IMG/VR virus record: IMGVR_UViG_3300030397_000307 | Location: 1-35,614 of that record | Reading direction: 5' to 3' (one strand) | From: a virus | Lineage: Duplodnaviria; Caudoviricetes | DNA length: 35,614 nt | Part shown: piece by piece, positions 34,501-35,614 of the stretch | Position numbering within the stretch: the first letter of the stretch is position 1 | Layout of the letters: each line of letters starts with the position of its first letter | Position numbers and translations under genes: made by a program | Notes under the pieces: model-generated | The model's database searches: none | The model's input: the letters and a program-made list of their open reading frames with translations, nothing else | What the model was told of the DNA's origin: nothing

Positions 34501-35273
34501 ATATACTACTCGCCCTAACCTTCCTTACCTTATGCGATGCTATTGACCTATACTTTGCTTTTGAAGACTTCGGGAAAGATACTTTCGATGTTGCTAAGGG
34601 CCACATTGCTGAGTGTATAGACTACGAAGAGTTTGACGATGTTTGCCCAGCAGCTGATAGCAACGGCATTATAGGATACTCAAGAAGATTCAGACCCACC
34701 CAAGAAGCTCACTTCACATTGTTTGTTCCTGGCGTCTCATTAAGTCCTAACTTTGCTGTTAGAGCATGGGTAAGACCGTTAGGAGAAACAGAACTCGATA
34801 AGCAATCTATAGTACGTTGGATGCACGACGATGAGCAGAACATAGCGTTTAGTCTTCACGTTAGCGATTCAGGAGGCAAGCCGTCATTCGTGTGCTTGTA
34901 CGACCAAGACAAAGACCACGGCGGACTAGGAGCTAGGGAGAAGACAGAGACTAGCAAGTTCGAGTGGGGCGACTGGTACCACGTTGTCTGTACAAGGAGC
35001 AACGTTAGTAAGGAGCTAGCGATATGGGTTGACGGCGAGAAGCGCTCCTCAACTGTTACGCGAGAAGTCCCACGTGAAACAGCACACTCAATGGGAATTG
35101 GCAACTACTCACTAGACGGAACTATCTGGCCATCGTCATTCGATGACGCGTTCTATGGGAACATCGACGAACTCATGGTAATATCCACGCGTTCGTTGGC
35201 TGACCATCTGATACAGAAAGACTACGAACGGTTCATGAATAATAAACGCGGCATCTGCGATTTACTTAGATAG
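34497..35273 (+). CDS. LamG / concanavalin-A-like domain protein with signal-peptide-like N-terminus
   Basis: LYFAFE..G....D, FAV.AWVRP, WYHVVCT......IWVDG, IG, F.G.IDEL; N-terminus MNILLALTFLTLCDA. Confidence 0.8.
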   Translation: MNILLALTFLTLCDAIDLYFAFEDFGKDTFDVAKGHIAECIDYEEFDDVCPAADSNGIIGYSRRFRPTQEAHFTLFVPGVSLSPNFAVRAWVRPLGETELDKQSIVRWMHDDEQNIAFSLHVSDSGGKPSFVCLYDQDKDHGGLGAREKTETSKFEWGDWYHVVCTRSNVSKELAIWVDGEKRSSTVTREVPRETAHSMGIGNYSLDGTIWPSSFDDAFYGNIDELMVISTRSLADHLIQKDYERFMNNKRGICDLLR

Positions 35274-35281
35274 GAGAGAGT

Positions 35282-35614
35282 ATGACCACAACACTAGATA
35301 TCCCAGCAACAGTTGCAGTCGGAGAGAACTTGCAAGTAACGGTACAAACGCAACCGAAAGCATTTGTCATCATCTACGGCGGAAGCCGACCAGGGCCAGA
35401 CGGGAAACTGAAGAACGCATTTGCCGCAGCCAGGGGTCACGCCGACGACTCAGGCACATTTACGTTGTCAAGAGAAATCCATGCCGGAATGAAGAACAAC
35501 GACTACTACGTTCAAGCGCTATCATTCGGTCCAGGGCAGGGAGAGTCTGGGATATCAGAGATTAGGGGGGTTACGGTTAGACCTGCAAACAGCACAGCAA
35601 AGTACATCTGCTAC
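35282..35614 (+). CDS. 5' part of the junction-spanning beta-helix protein (continues at 259-1362)
   Basis: AGGAG RBS; MTTTLDIPATVAVGENLQVTV... stays open into the terminal repeat, in frame with ORF 109-1362. Confidence 0.85.
   Translation, partial: MTTTLDIPATVAVGENLQVTVQTQPKAFVIIYGGSRPGPDGKLKNAFAAARGHADDSGTFTLSREIHAGMKNNDYYVQALSFGPGQGESGISEIRGVTVRPANSTAKYICY
35378..35614. repeat. Terminal direct repeat, right copy
   Basis: Matches 22-258 with one mismatch. Confidence 0.95.

Overview
The window is an apparently complete, circularly permuted genome of a podovirus-like tailed phage, about 35,356 bp per unit. Bases 22-258 are repeated at 35378-35614 with one mismatch, and bases 1-17 are a random-amplification (SISPA-type) primer artefact. 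The plus strand carries TerS, two inserted glycan-interaction genes, TerL, portal, a large block of likely head-accessory genes, scaffold, major capsid, decoration protein, a GT29-like glycosyltransferase with a SAM methyltransferase, tail tubular/ejection proteins, tail fibre, a large lipoprotein and a holin. A minus-strand early operon (about 25975-30563) holds small ORFs, an SSB-like protein, a membrane-anchored lytic transglycosylase and a DUF6745-type repeat protein with its partner. It diverges from a Cro-like HTH gene, a split RepB-primase/D5-helicase, an ori-like repeat region, DUF1064 and an M15 peptidase. No integrase, CI-like repressor, DNA polymerase, tRNA, CRISPR or reverse transcriptase was recognised. 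The best leads are a possible virion glycosylation module, two unannotated protamine-like micro-ORFs, and a lone antisense, apparently leaderless membrane gene in a superinfection-exclusion-like position. All family calls come from motif recognition by eye, not database searches.
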